A DNA stretch of 64,000 nt, taken from assembly GCA_964035545.1 (NCBI GenBank), contig OZ037767.1:14307801-14371800 (forward strand). The letters run 5' to 3'. The translations under genes and the position numbers were made by a program. The notes below the pieces were generated by a model, which saw only the letters and a list, made by a program, of their open reading frames with translations, was not told where the DNA came from and searched no databases. Within the stretch, counting starts at the first letter, position 1; every line of letters starts with the position of its first letter. Positions 25,911 to 39,322 of the stretch are shown here, piece after piece. The DNA is from Bugula neritina. Its lineage: Eukaryota > Animalia > Bryozoa.

Positions 25911-27074
25911 CATTTTACAGAAAAAATTGATATGCTTACTATATTTATTAATTATAATTATAAATAAGCATAAAGTGATAAATGTCTATAAATTTTAAAC
26001 TTATTTCCACTTTCATGTCTATTCTGATTTTTCTAACATTTCAAAACTTGTCAGTGGTGTTTTTACTGTGGATTTGTTGAGAAAATATGCTAACTTTGGC
26101 TGTATGCATTACAATACTAGTATTGTTATTGCGTATTGGTATTAGCTGGTAAATAAGTATTATAGTTATGAAGTATGAAGGCTATTTAACTTAAATTCTC
26201 AAATTAAATTTTAGACACTAAAGCAGTTATGAGAATAAGCAAAATTAAAGAACTGACTGAAATTTGCATTCATTCACTCACTCATACTCATAATAACTAT
26301 TATGCCTGTAACGTTAATTATATTGGTACTTTTTAGTGATAGCTTCACTGTTATATGTATGGCTATTAGCTATTATTACCCTTGTGATTCTATAATAAAT
26401 TAACTTATTCTGATTATTGCTAATAGACCTGGACATGCTCACATAGTTGTAGTAATACTTTAGTTTGCTGCTGTTACTTATTATATCTAGTTATTTATGT
26501 TTCCCGTGTCACAATTATTGTTGGTGCTAATAAAACAATTTAATTGGGTAAAATAAGAATTTGTGTCAATTGTAAAATGAATAGTAATTTAGATATATCT
26601 AAAAGTTAAAAATAATGTTTAAAGATAAATTTAATAGTTATAGGCATGATTGAGGGAGATTAACTGTGGTAATAGCAATTGCAGTGATCGTTGATATGAA
26701 TGTTTTAAGTTTCGATTTTAATTTGCTAAAATGTCCATATTGTTGCAGACTTTATAATTTTTAACTCAAAGTTGAAATTAGTGGGAAGTTAAACCACTGC
26801 CATTGCTAGTTCTCATTTCAGGATTTGGTCACTTTTATAATTTTTTGGTAATTGTAACACTAAAAGTTTGTGAAACCTAGTCTGATTCCTGATTACTATT
26901 TCCATGTTTTTTAGGCTAAGCTGTTGTGTCAGTAAACTCTAGATCATGTTTTATTAAAATACGCATGATGTAATCTCGAACATATCTTTTGAGTTTTAGA
27001 AATTTGCTCTGCTATAAATGAAAATATTTCATTGGTCTGTGTTAATAAATTCATTTCATGTTTCAGGTTGTAGA

Positions 27075-28071
27075 ATGGCTCTTCCTAATTCAGCATCTGG
27101 TGCAGCTCCTGAGGATATGGTGAAACAGGTGCCACACCTCTGCTCATATCATAGTTTTCTGCAATAGACTTAATAGCGTTTATATATAATTATGTTGACA
27201 TGCTAGATAATGTTTTAATGTTATTTTTCAAAAAAAAATCTTTAAAATATGTCATCCTTTTTGTGTATTTTTGAAAATATATTTTCTCAGGATTTTTCTT
27301 TGCACTGTGCATGTTGATAAAATGAGTTAGGTTTATTACTGGATCTTCTGTTTCTGTAAATTCTAATTTTACAAATTTATTTTTTTCATTTAAATGGTTC
27401 ATTTCGCTGTTATTCTATATACTGTTGCCAGTTTATGAGTAAGAAAAGTTTGAATATGTTTTGAATTTGTAATGTTTTTCTACCTTTTAGTTCAGAGAGT
27501 TTCTGCTTACTTACAATAAAGTGACGGAAATGTGCTTTGAATCTTGCGTTCACGACTTCAAGACTAGAAAAGTAGCCGATAAGGAAGTAAGTTCATTAAC
27601 TCATCTATCTCAGATAACACTGCGTTATTTGTAACCTAATACAGATGTGACTTAATTTGTTATTACGTAATATATTTGTTTTATTTAGTTTGTCTGTTAA
27701 TTAAATTTTAATTAGTTTATCTGACTCCTTTAATTTTAGTATGTAATACTATTACTGAGTTATAATTTAATCAATTTGAATGTCCATCATTTTATATATC
27801 TGTTTCTTTCCTGTTTGAATTTCCTAGAAATTTACTAAATGTTTCCTTATTGACGTTATGTGATTACATAGTTGGTTTACCAAGTATTGCATGCTTATAG
27901 ACTAAGTACCAAGTATTATATACTTTATAGATTGGGTGTACCAAGTATTGTATGGATAAATATCTGAAGATGACACAGAGGATATCGCTACGGTTCGCTG
28001 AACACCAGATTAACCAGAATGAGGCTCAACTTGGACCAATAGCTGTCCAACAGAAAGCCCGAACTAGTTGA
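27075..28071 (+). CDS. TIMM9: Mitochondrial import inner membrane translocase subunit Tim9, 96 aa
   Basis: Exons 27075-27128 ([18 protein letters not shown]), 27491-27586 ([32 protein letters not shown]) and 27931-28071 ([26 protein letters not shown]...stop). Twin CX3C motif and the [10 protein letters not shown] signature of Tim9. Confidence 0.95.
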
Positions 28072-31000
28072 TAAACTAACTGTGACATTGTCTTTGTTAT
28101 TTTTAGATCATTACAAAACTGTATGTAATGCTCTTCTACACTAATTCATTAGTTGCCCTTGTAAATTTTTGTTACCATTTCATAGCTCTGTATACAAAAT
28201 AATTTCTTGTCTTATTTTGTTGGAAGTATAATATAATATAAATATTATGTATTTGTTGAAAAAAATGCTGATTTTAATTAAAATTAGGCTTTTGCATTAG
28301 CATTTACTGATAAGTAGCAGTCAGTCTTAATTCACTGCACTCACCCCATCTTGCTACTGCAGTAGCTTATTCCCCTGTTGATCTGTTATTTAGTTGCAGT
28401 AGTAGAGAAATTTTAATAGCCTAATTTCTTAGATTTCATTTATGCAATTTGGTTTGAGGCGTGAGTTAAAGTTTCGTTGGAATATCAATATCTTTTCTAA
28501 ATTTTTTCTTCAAAAAGCAGGCTTTTCCTAATTTTTTCATTACTGCACTTTTCTCTATTACTAAAAGGGGGGAGGAGAGCAAAATCACTGCCAGTAAATT
28601 GTTCCTGCATTTATGTCTACATCCTAAGACTAAAATACAGCAAGCAATTAGTTATCCTTTTACCAATACTTCTTAGCATTATGTTATCAATCTCAATATA
28701 GTTATAAATAATCCCTTTATGAATCCTAACTTCTAAGTTCTTTTGTTGTTCTACATTCTACAATAAGGATGTTCTGCCTTGTTTAGATGGTTAAATACTC
28801 CGGTTATTAGAACATTTTACCAGCTAGAACTCACTCTAATTAGCACTTCATTCTCAAACTACTGTATGCTTTACCACAGCTGCTTTGTTTTAATTTCAAT
28901 TTGTACATTCTTGACTTGACTATGATGCTTCAACATTATAGCAAATCATAATATGATTTAAATCTCAAAACTATTTACAGTGTACTAGTAGATTGCTTTT
29001 AAAATGTCAAAATCAAGTAAAATTACATGAGCACTTCATTTAATCAATACGAGCAATAAGATCTATTTCAAAATAAATAAAGTAGACCAATCCTTGTTTA
29101 GCAAATCAGAGTATAGTCAGGTAGTTAAAAATAACAGTCTCAAAGCTACAGGTAATTCATTTGCTAAAACTCACGCAAGTTTATATGTCACCATCTCTGT
29201 GAGAACCCCTGATGGAAAAATCTTGTTAAAGTAATATAAGGAATTGTTCAGATGTGTTGCAGAAGCAATTATGACTGGATACTCTTCCCAAACCCTAAAC
29301 CCCTGTTTTCTATATAGTCCAGCTACTCATTTAATGATGAGGGTTTAAAATGGGTCCCAATTCCATACTAAGAGCATAGCTGGAGGCCCTTCAAATTGGA
29401 AGAGAGATTTTGACTTTGTGCACTTCTTGTATCTGTAGTCTGCTGGCCGAAGAAGCTGTTGGAGCAGTAGCTATTCAACCACGGCTGCCCTTCAGGAATT
29501 GAATGTTTAATAGAGAAAGATTTAGCAATAAATACATAATTATAATGTGTTTTAACTGGTTCATTGATAATACTAGAAATAATGTATGTAATGTTAGTTG
29601 AAGTAAATTGATTAGCAATAAAAATTAATACCAATAGTATAATAAAATTGTATTGACTTTTTCGTGGTGACAGTGCTCGATGGCAAATGAAATACAACTT
29701 TGCTCACTTAGCCAAGAAGAAATTGCTTCAGGTAATAAAAATTCCGGACTATAATTTAAAGCGAGTGTGGATGTATCACTGATCTAAAGGTTGTGACCTT
29801 CACATCTCCGAGAGCTTATAATCCTATCATTACACAATTAGCCTCTCAAGTGCTCACCATTGGCTGGTGAAGCAGTGGCAGCAGCTGCTATGGTTCTTAT
29901 ACTATAGCTAAGTGCTGCCACCAATTCCATCTCACTTGAACAGATACCTGCTGCCAAAGTGGACAAGTGCTTCTCTTAATCTGCTGCTGCGGGCTGCCGA
30001 TAAATATTTAGTCAAGTGAGTTTAGTTTTTAAAATATTTATGACATCTTACAGTGGGATTGTGCATTATCTGGTATATATTATGTATACTTTTTGAGAAT
30101 TACTTATTTACTGAGAAGAAAATTCTTTACCCGACGTAAAAGTACCAAAATAACCTATAATATTATTTGTATGATTGACTCTTTTGAGTTGAAAAGAAAA
30201 ATTTTATTGGTGAGTCTTTTTTTTTCAAATTTTTTTAAACATGACAAAACAGTTAGTATTTTGTTAAATCCAAACAATTGAACTACTTTTTTAAAACAAT
30301 ACTTTTTCAGGTGGTCAACAGAAAGAGTGGGTACTGGTAAGTTAAAGTAGTTTTTCACAATTGCATGGCATGAAATACCATATGCACCTTAATTGGCCTC
30401 TTGAATCAGCAGCAGAACTTAGAATTAGTTGGTAATTGGTAAGTTGATTTAAAATAGACTTTTATAAATTTTAGGTTAAAGTACTTGAGTTATTTTTAAT
30501 AGCAAAGTTAAGAATTGTTTATCTTTGCATATTTAATTAGACAAATTAAACTAAATAAAAAAACTGCAGCCTGACCTAGCTTGAAACTAGCTATAAATAT
30601 ACTAAGTTTTGTAGGCTATATGTCTTCCTCTTAATATATTCATGTTATATTATATTGTACAATACTATATTAAAATATATACAATTTTATTATATATTAC
30701 ACTCATATTGTATTATGTACAGTACTATTTTATTATTATATACAGTAATATATTATAATATTGTTCTATAATACTGTATTATAATATTGAATTATAATAT
30801 TATATTACAGTATCATTATCTATATAACATTGTACTATATATACTAGTTATTACTATATCAAATATATACTTTATGTTATATTGTGCTGGTTTATAATAA
30901 TATACTATATTGCATTAAACTAAACTTGGTACAGTTTATTAATTTGCATCATTCTATTAAAGTAATACGTTACCTATGTTTATATTATATAATTTTTATT

Positions 31001-31842
31001 TTTTTTTTGCTTTATATTGCATCAAATAATTGTAATAGGATATATTTTTAAAATATAATACACTCTAAGATATTATATTACATTATATTGCACTTGATAC
31101 TGTTCGGGTAACTTTAGGAAGAATTTAAAATACAATATAGTGAAGTATTACATGCGTTGACATACAGCATAAAATTGATCTGCAACAGATTGTCTGATTG
31201 CATAATATTTATTGCAGCATATCATGAAGGGTGCGCATGGCTCAATGCCTTTTCAACTTGCACATACGTGTATAACAGTTAATATACATTACCAACATGC
31301 AAAGCATCTACTGAAGTCCGTGTTTTTATTCCCATTATTCTATAATCTTTTGTCATGAAATTCAGCCTCAATAGCTGTAACAAATGATAAGCAATTTAAA
31401 CCTCTTGACATTATGATCCTGTGCCCTTTTCTTAAAAGCTGCATCTTCCCTTCCTTACAAATAAGATCTTCATGAAACAATTAGGAAACATTGGAAATTT
31501 TGTCAAAGCAATTAAATGTTTTTGATTGAAATTAATTATGTCATTGTATGTCTAATTTTTTTCATCTTGTTTGAGGGTTTAATTTTGTTTGAAACTAAAT
31601 TTCTTTGTAAAATATTGAAGCATAATTACAAAAATGTTTATTTTGAAAATGTATGTAATAAGATTTACATTGTTTACCATAATGAAAGGTTAAGCAATGT
31701 TTAACACTTGTAGTATAACTTATTACAAATACAACTTATATGTAGATACAGAGATAGCTTAGAGATATACAAGGCACATTGTTCATTCCAATATAATTTA
31801 ATTTTTGATAACCATTGAAAATGCAAACAACTGAAATATAAT

Positions 31843-31914
31843 TGCCCCCACTGACAATCGAACCCAGTACCCTCTGGCTTGCAAGCAAGTGTGCTACCAT
31901 TACACCACAGGATC
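31843..31914 (-). mobile_element. tRNA-derived short interspersed repeat
   Basis: Minus strand GATCCTGTGGTGTAATGGTAGCACACTTGCTTGCAAGCCAGAGGGTACTGGGTTCGATTGTCAGTGGGGGCA, with A and B boxes; close to the 40150 copy. Confidence 0.65.
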
Positions 31915-33299
31915 ACTGGGTTAACTCTAAACTACAACAACAATAATTATATAATTGATTTCATTTATGGTAAAACAAGAATGACACGGATCTGTCAATG
32001 ATGTCAATTCGTGGTATCTTTCCCGTCGTCGGTGTTTTAAGCATCTAGGCATGAGTGTCAGAATATTCTTTTCAGTTTCAAATGATCATTCGGTATAAAG
32101 ACGTTGACATGGCTGTAGGAGAATGTCAAAAATAGGAGTTAAAAACAGACCATCATGCAAATTCTAAACAAAATAAGATTCTTTAAAACAAAATAATTTC
32201 CACCTTATGGAAACATTAAGGCTGGTGCTGCTGCTGCTACTGCTGCTAGCACTTGGTCTCAAAAAGGCTATTGTTTATCCCTGAAATTTGTTCATCTTAA
32301 ACTCTACTGATACTGCATTTGTGAAATGTGACCAATGTAGAAAACATAGCAGTTGTCAATATATTTATATTTCTATTAGCAAAACTTTAATTATAAAAGT
32401 CAACATTTGTGTCATATAATATGATGTGCAAGTGACAAGAGGAATGAAGTTGTGATATAGGGTGGCAATTCTATATGCTGAATTTTACTTCAAAAAGAAT
32501 ATTATTTCAAAATCATGCAAGAATTTCTTTATACATTTGAATAGGTATATGTAAGCTATAAAATTAATTTCATATAAGAGCAAATGCAAACAAATAAGTA
32601 GGTAATGCCTTTAATTACTAAAGCACAAAGTGCACTGACCTATTAATTGATATCCTATATAATCAGCTATACTTACAAATAATACTTAAAATCAGAAGCA
32701 GCTATATGAGCATACATGCTATAAATTAGTCAATTATGCGGGTCAAACTATATAATATATGCACTAATAGTTTTTGTAGAAAAGCCCCGATGGCTACAAA
32801 CATGAAAAGAGCGGTAGTTGCAATAGGGAAATTAATGTTTCAATTTTAATAGAAGTTAGAAAACACATTTTCCGTTTAACAGAGTTCAAGTAATGCCTAA
32901 AGGAAACTACGAGGCAGCTTTTCGCTTATATAATATTTGCATATATTTAACTGCCATTAGGTGAAATAAATGACTTTTGATTTTCAATGTGCAAAGTTGA
33001 CTAGACTAATAATTATGCTAAGTATAGTCATGGGAGATTAATTAGTAGTAAATGGAAAAGGATTTTTCTTAAAACTTCGCTTAAAATGAATTTATATTCC
33101 TTTTATAAATTTAAACATTAACCATAATATGCTATGGGCCTAATAAAAACTATAAATTACAGTCTACATGTTAAATACCAATTGTTGCTGACAAATTATG
33201 CCAATACTGTTTCTAATAATTAATTTTGTATTTGCTAATAATATAAAAGCTTGTTTCACTTTCTATTCCAGAGTATATAAAGAGTCTACAAGGGACATT

Positions 33300-34664
33300 A
33301 TGGAATCGGAAATTTTCTACAACTCTTTTGCAAGCACCCAAAGTATTTTAGAAGAAATTAATGAATTTAAAGAAAACTTTACTCGGAATGACAGTGAAAC
33401 TGTGTCAAAAGCTAGACAAGTGTATTACATTATCAACGGTCATATAGCACCAACTATTTGTGCTCTTGGGATTTTAGGAAATATTATCAATATGATAATA
33501 TTTGGCAGATTTTTACGCACTGCTCGTTCTGCCATCTACAACTGTCTATTTGTCATCTCTTTAGCTGATTTCTTTGCGGTAGTTGTGTATTTGGTATACA
33601 GTATCGCGTGCATTCATACACCTGTTGGACCCATCCTCAGTCAACGAGATATTCCAATTGATTTAGCCGGAACCTTCTCTCACTTTACTTTCTTTATATG
33701 GACAATACCAATAAATGTGTTCATGGCCATATCAAACTGGTGCACAGTAATATTAATGGCAGTGAGATTCATTGCTGTGTATTTTCCTTTGAAAGCATCG
33801 GAGTGGTGTTCGCCTTCCCGAACTAGAAAGGTACTTTGCTGTATCTGTTTACTGGCTATTTTGTGTGCCATCCCAGAATGCTACACTCGTGAAGTAATTT
33901 ATGTCAAGCATATTGGAGTCACTATTAAGTTTACTGATTTGCAGCATAACACAGCTTTCAGAAATGCTTACTATCTTGTGTACTATGAAGTTATTAATTG
34001 GCTGATTCCCTTCTTTGTGAATTTAATTTTAAGCGGACTGCTGATAAACACACTTCGACGCAGCAATTCGTTGTTTCGGTCCGATAGTCACGTCACGCCT
34101 CAGAGACAGCGAGATCAAAGAAAGGTCAGCATTATGTTGCTGGTGGTTGTATTCTTTTTTATCATCTGTTCAAGTCCCTCTTTGGTTTGGCGAAGCCTTG
34201 AAAATGCTGCACAGATGACAAACATAGACTTAGGTTCATGGATTTTGCTACGAGGCATTTCGGATATAATGCTAATAATTAACTGCTCTGGAAACATTGT
34301 TCTCTACCTGTTTACTAATGAGAAATACAGAAAGAATATTAAAGAAATAGCTTGTTGTAAGTTTCGCAGGGGAACTACAAACAACAGCAGCTCTGTAATG
34401 ACAAATATCGGCAATCAGACTTCTAGCAGAGGAAGTAGTCGCTACCAAGCATGCTCACTCAACACGAATGGTATCCAACAGCCCACAACGAGTGCAGCCT
34501 ATCAAAAAGAGTTACACACAGTTACCACTTCTTGTGGCAAGAGCAACACCTCCGGTTTGCTAAGCCCTGCCCTACCTCTGCTACCACGTGATACATTAGT
34601 GGAAACAAGCCTCTCAGTTGAGAACTGCGATTCAGAACCCAACATTTCTCCTGAATTTCTGTAA
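33300..34664 (+). CDS. Rhodopsin-class (class A) GPCR, FMRFamide/neuropeptide-receptor-like, single coding exon
   Basis: Seven hydrophobic segments: GILGN (TM1), SLADFF (TM2), AVRFIAVYFP (end of TM3), IPE (TM4), LIPF (TM5), FFIICSSP (TM6), INCSGNIVLY (TM7). N-terminal N-glycosylation sequons NFT and NDS, and a Ser/Thr-rich tail. A splice-acceptor-like TTCTATTCCAG ending at 33271 suggests the start is MESEIF at 33300 rather than 33198. Confidence 0.9.
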   Translation: MESEIFYNSFASTQSILEEINEFKENFTRNDSETVSKARQVYYIINGHIAPTICALGILGNIINMIIFGRFLRTARSAIYNCLFVISLADFFAVVVYLVYSIACIHTPVGPILSQRDIPIDLAGTFSHFTFFIWTIPINVFMAISNWCTVILMAVRFIAVYFPLKASEWCSPSRTRKVLCCICLLAILCAIPECYTREVIYVKHIGVTIKFTDLQHNTAFRNAYYLVYYEVINWLIPFFVNLILSGLLINTLRRSNSLFRSDSHVTPQRQRDQRKVSIMLLVVVFFFIICSSPSLVWRSLENAAQMTNIDLGSWILLRGISDIMLIINCSGNIVLYLFTNEKYRKNIKEIACCKFRRGTTNNSSSVMTNIGNQTSSRGSSRYQACSLNTNGIQQPTTSAAYQKELHTVTTSCGKSNTSGLLSPALPLLPRDTLVETSLSVENCDSEPNISPEFL

Positions 34665-36176
34665 AAGCTTTACAGAAGTTTCTGACGCGAAGACTTTCTA
34701 TTACAAAGTCTGATCATATTTTCTTATCTTGTTGTCCCCTTTTTAGATGTTTTGTTTTGTTGATTTTGTGATAGATATTAGGTTATGAATTTATACAAGT
34801 ATGAGAGGCATCTTTAATATTGTTACTTAAGGCTAAGAGACTCTAATTTCTATTTATTACTGTATTAGTATGTATCATTATCGTTATTGTGTTTGTATTA
34901 TCAAGTTGATTACTAGAATAGGAATTATTGAACATGTTTTAGGAGTTAATTGACTTTATCATATCAATAAGTACTAAGCATCCTTAATAAGTCTACGTAA
35001 CACATCAAATGTCTTTCAGTTTAAGGAATTTATATTGATTGAATTTCTAATTAATAGATCGACACGATACAGGATACATACACTTACAATTCCATGTTTG
35101 ATGTTGATTTAGTTTTAACTTCAGTGTCGGCTTTTTTCGATTGTGCTTTATTCATTTTCGTGCCAATAAAAAGAAATTTAATTGATATCAATGTTATTAG
35201 TAGTCTTATTAGTCAAGCTAAGAATGTACTATGAACTAAGCTTTATAATAGAAACATACAGTAGTTTGAGTGTCGAGTGCTAATTAACATGATTTTAGCC
35301 GTTGAATTGTTCTAATAAACCAAAACGAGGCAGAAAATTAAAATTAAAACTGTGCAAAAGGAATATAATTATTATGATGATGCAATGCTAAAACATTGCA
35401 ATACACATGTGTAGACAACTAACTACCATGGAGCAAATAATGCTTTTGGTGCATTTGATATGTTGAAGCAGTGTTGTTTATATTGAAATGATTTTCAGCC
35501 AGTAATAATTGGTTTGACAAAGGAAACCCAACCAGTAATAATTGGTTTAGCAAAAGATAAGCCAATAAAGAATGAAAGAGTTTTTAGCTTTGTTTTGCCT
35601 TTTACATTTGATTTTTTAAGAAAACTAGTTCTCAGAAGTTGCAAAATGACATGATATATATTTATGACTTTGAAGTGCAAAGTTTTAACTTAATGCATCG
35701 TTTAGTGAAAACTTTCAATTACAAATCTAACTTAAGGAATACTTCATAGCAATAAGATTTTAAAGCAGAAATAATTTATACTAGTTATATTATGGTAAGC
35801 AGGGTCTCATTGTACAAAAATTATTAGTTATAGGTATTAGTGTCAATAAGGGGGTAAATTCAAAATTTGATAAATTAGAGTTGCTTTATACAAAAAGCAA
35901 CTGAATTATTGACTTTCTATTCCATCATGTAATATAGAAAATAGTTTAGTGAACATGTGTTTAATGTGGAATTTAATTTTTTATCACCAGCTGTTATATT
36001 TATTGAAAAACTCATAACAATTTATAGATATTATTATAAATTTTGCCAATTTTCATCAATTTCATGCATCGAGTAAGTTGGACTATATCCTGGTTTACAT
36101 TATATTGATGCTATTTAACATTGCCAGAAATTGCACATATAGGGTTTATAATGTCAGCATAGCAATACAAATGATA

Positions 36177-36300
36177 GGAGCAGCCGTGGTCTAGGGGTTG
36201 AAGCGTTTGCTTTGTGAACAAGAAGTCGTGGGTTTGAACCCTGAGAAAGGCCATTGGTGATGTTAGGAAGAGCATCCAGTCATAATTGCCCCTGTGCTTC
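36177..36300 (+). mobile_element. tRNA-derived SINE fragment (second family)
   Basis: GGAGCAGCCGTGGTCTAGGGGTTGAAG...GTGGGTTTGAACCC (A/B-box-like) followed by a non-tRNA body GGTGATGTTAGGAAGAGCATCCAGTC. Confidence 0.5.
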
Positions 36301-38449
36301 ATTTGAACAAGCCATTAGCCTGCTTTAACAAAAACCCTTTCCATCAGGAGTTGCTCACAGGGATAGTGACTATAAACTTGCGAGATTTTTTTTATAGCAA
36401 TACAAATAATAAGCTAAAAATAGATTTTATCAAATATGTTATGTACCTTAAATATGATGTATATTTGCAAAGTTGGTTATAGTAACAAGTAAAAAAGTGT
36501 GCTTGATGATAAAGTACAAGATGACAGATGTGACTAGAGTCCGTATTATTAAGTATTTCATTGCATTGAATGTATCTCACAATATTACAAGCTATGCACG
36601 TGGGAGTCGTCTTCCCTATATGTTACCATATACGACATTATATTGATGCTTATTTTTATAATTTTACATTAATAATTTTGTATAATAACTATTTATGCTA
36701 GCATTTAGTGCACACCAAATAATTTGAAATATGTATTTCCATATAAAATTGATATTAAAATCCGTATTACCATGACTTGATTAATGTCAAAAAATTGGAA
36801 ACTAAAATGACTTACAGACATTAATAGTGTGAACTGCTCCCTGCTTCAAAATTACTGCAACTTTCTATATACTCTAAAAACTTTTGGCTCACTTAAAACT
36901 TATCAGGCAGTACATGCAATGCTAAAATATCATAAACTAGCAGCAATTGAAATGTTGCTTTTTTATGTAATTTAATGGTTTATATTTGTTCAGCTTATTC
37001 TGAGATTATTTAGTATTTTAACCAAATGCAACTATTTACAGTCAACTAAACTGCTACTTTAATGTAATATATGATACAGTGTTTCGCAATCGGTGCTGCT
37101 TACAAATAGCCCTCTGTACTTGCGCCATACATTTCAAGCGAGACATGAGGACACAACTTCTCTTAACAGATTTTTTAGCTAATTAAGCCGTGTTATATAA
37201 CTATATACATCTCTTATATAAGAAAACTTTGACTATAGCATGCATATTGTAAATGCACTGCATTTGTAAAATTTGATATTTTTTCAAAATTATATAATTT
37301 TTTAATTAATAAAATTGAAGCAAAATATTTATTGTTTGATTATACACTCACTGTTGCAATGTTGAAAAATGTACTAGAAGAATTTCATTTGTTTTGATAT
37401 TTTCATCGATTAGTTTTGAGTCTACACAAAATCACATTATTCAAAGTAATTAAGTAACAGCTATATTCCTCTTTTAACAAGAAAAATATTTAGGGAACTC
37501 AATAATCTTGTGAGATTTTGCTTAAAAAGACAGCTACATATATTTTATAACAAACTACCTTTGACTACTAAACAAAACATATTATTATTGCATAATGAGT
37601 TATAAAAAGATTATGCATTAAGTTATATATACTGTATTTCATAGTCAGAAATGTATTACTGTTTTCCAGTTTCTCTCTCAGATCATTCACTGCTGTTTTA
37701 TTGCAAACAAAAGGACTGGAGTGCAGTGCATCAGTCATTATATTCATATTGATTATTGTCTCATTTGGAATTGAAGTATTGCTGTTCAATTGTAACGCAT
37801 ACAATGCGTCGTAACAACATATCTATTAGAAATCTTTGCAGTATTAAAATATGGTATTGTGTTTATACCTGTTTACTAATAGTGAATTGTATGATCTCCA
37901 GTAGTGTGGGAGGATTTCGCTTCACACCAACAACTTTCTTTCTCAAGGTAAGTCATTGCTTTACTATGACGAGTGTGATCAAATGTTGTTCTACTGCAGC
38001 ACAGAGTACAATGTAGATTACAGTTAGTTAAGCTAATATAGCTGTAAGAATATTGAGCTTAAAGATTTCATAAAATTTATAAAAAAACATTTATGTCTTT
38101 TATTAAAACATATTACACTATTTTGCCATTATTTTGTGTTTAATTTACTTATACTCTATATGAACTAACCCTAGTAGTTAGTAGTACTAAAGCTTAGGCT
38201 CTAGTCTATAAATTTTATTCTTCCCAGGTACACTAAGCTGTGTCAAAACGTAAAGGATATCATACTTTTATAAACGCTGTGAAATATGTGATTAATGCAG
38301 TTTTCTTTCTTTCCAAGCATTTAGTAATATGAAGTCTGATATAACCTGCCAGGCAGTCCATTAAAAATTTAATACAATCTATATAGTAGAAACCAAAACT
38401 AGCAAAAATTTATATGACTTCAAGCTTATAACTCTGTAAAACATACACA

Positions 38450-39002
38450 ACACTACACTACCTCTACACTACACTACACTACACTACACTACACTACACT
38501 ACACTACACTACACTACACTATACTATACTACACTACACTATACTACACTACACTACACTACACTACACTATACTACACTACACTACACTATACTATCTC
38601 TACACTACACTATACTATACTATACTACACTACACTATACTACACTACACTACACTACACTATACTACACTACCTCTACACTACACTACATTACACTACA
38701 CTACACTACACCACACTACACTACACTACACTACACTACACTACACTACACTACACTACACTACACTACACTACACTACACTACACTACACTACACTATA
38801 CTACCTCTACACTACACTACACTACACTCCACTACACTACACTACACTACACTATACTATACTATACTACACTATACTACACTACACTACACTACACTAC
38901 ACTATACTATACTATACTACACTACACTACACTACACTACACTAAACTACCTCTACACTACACTACACTACACTACACTACACTATACTACACTACACTA
39001 CA
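38450..39002. repeat. (ACACT)n pentanucleotide microsatellite
   Basis: About 110 ACACT/ATACT units with occasional ACCTCT variants. Confidence 0.97.
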
Positions 39003-39322
39003 AAAAGCTTAAAATGCTTGCATAATATTCATATGATCATTTATTAGTAAATGCACATAATTTCTCTACGTCAAGACAAAAAATAGCTTTTAATAAGCAA
39101 TAATTATATAACCATGACGTGACCTTTTGGTTTTTTTTTAATTTAACTAGCTCGAATTGAAAACACAAACTTATCAAGCAATCATATACTTCATTTAAAT
39201 AGATAGGGTCTCAGAAATACGTCATTTTACTAGAAAGTTTTCAGATTTGACCATAAAGCAGTTATCTAGCTTTGAATCAGCCATATTTTAGACCAGTTCT
39301 ATAACTTTATAGATTGTAGGTG

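Noticed and set aside
29900-30340. Possible 5' UTR exons of the GPCR (donor near 30016; AG/GT-bounded segment at about 30311-30336)
   Set aside because: Splice signals alone are insufficient without transcript evidence.
33198-33299. N-terminal extension of the GPCR ORF (MPILFLII...)
   Set aside because: AT-rich with a pyrimidine tract and AG ending at 33271; more likely intron plus 5' UTR, although an upstream coding exon is not excluded.
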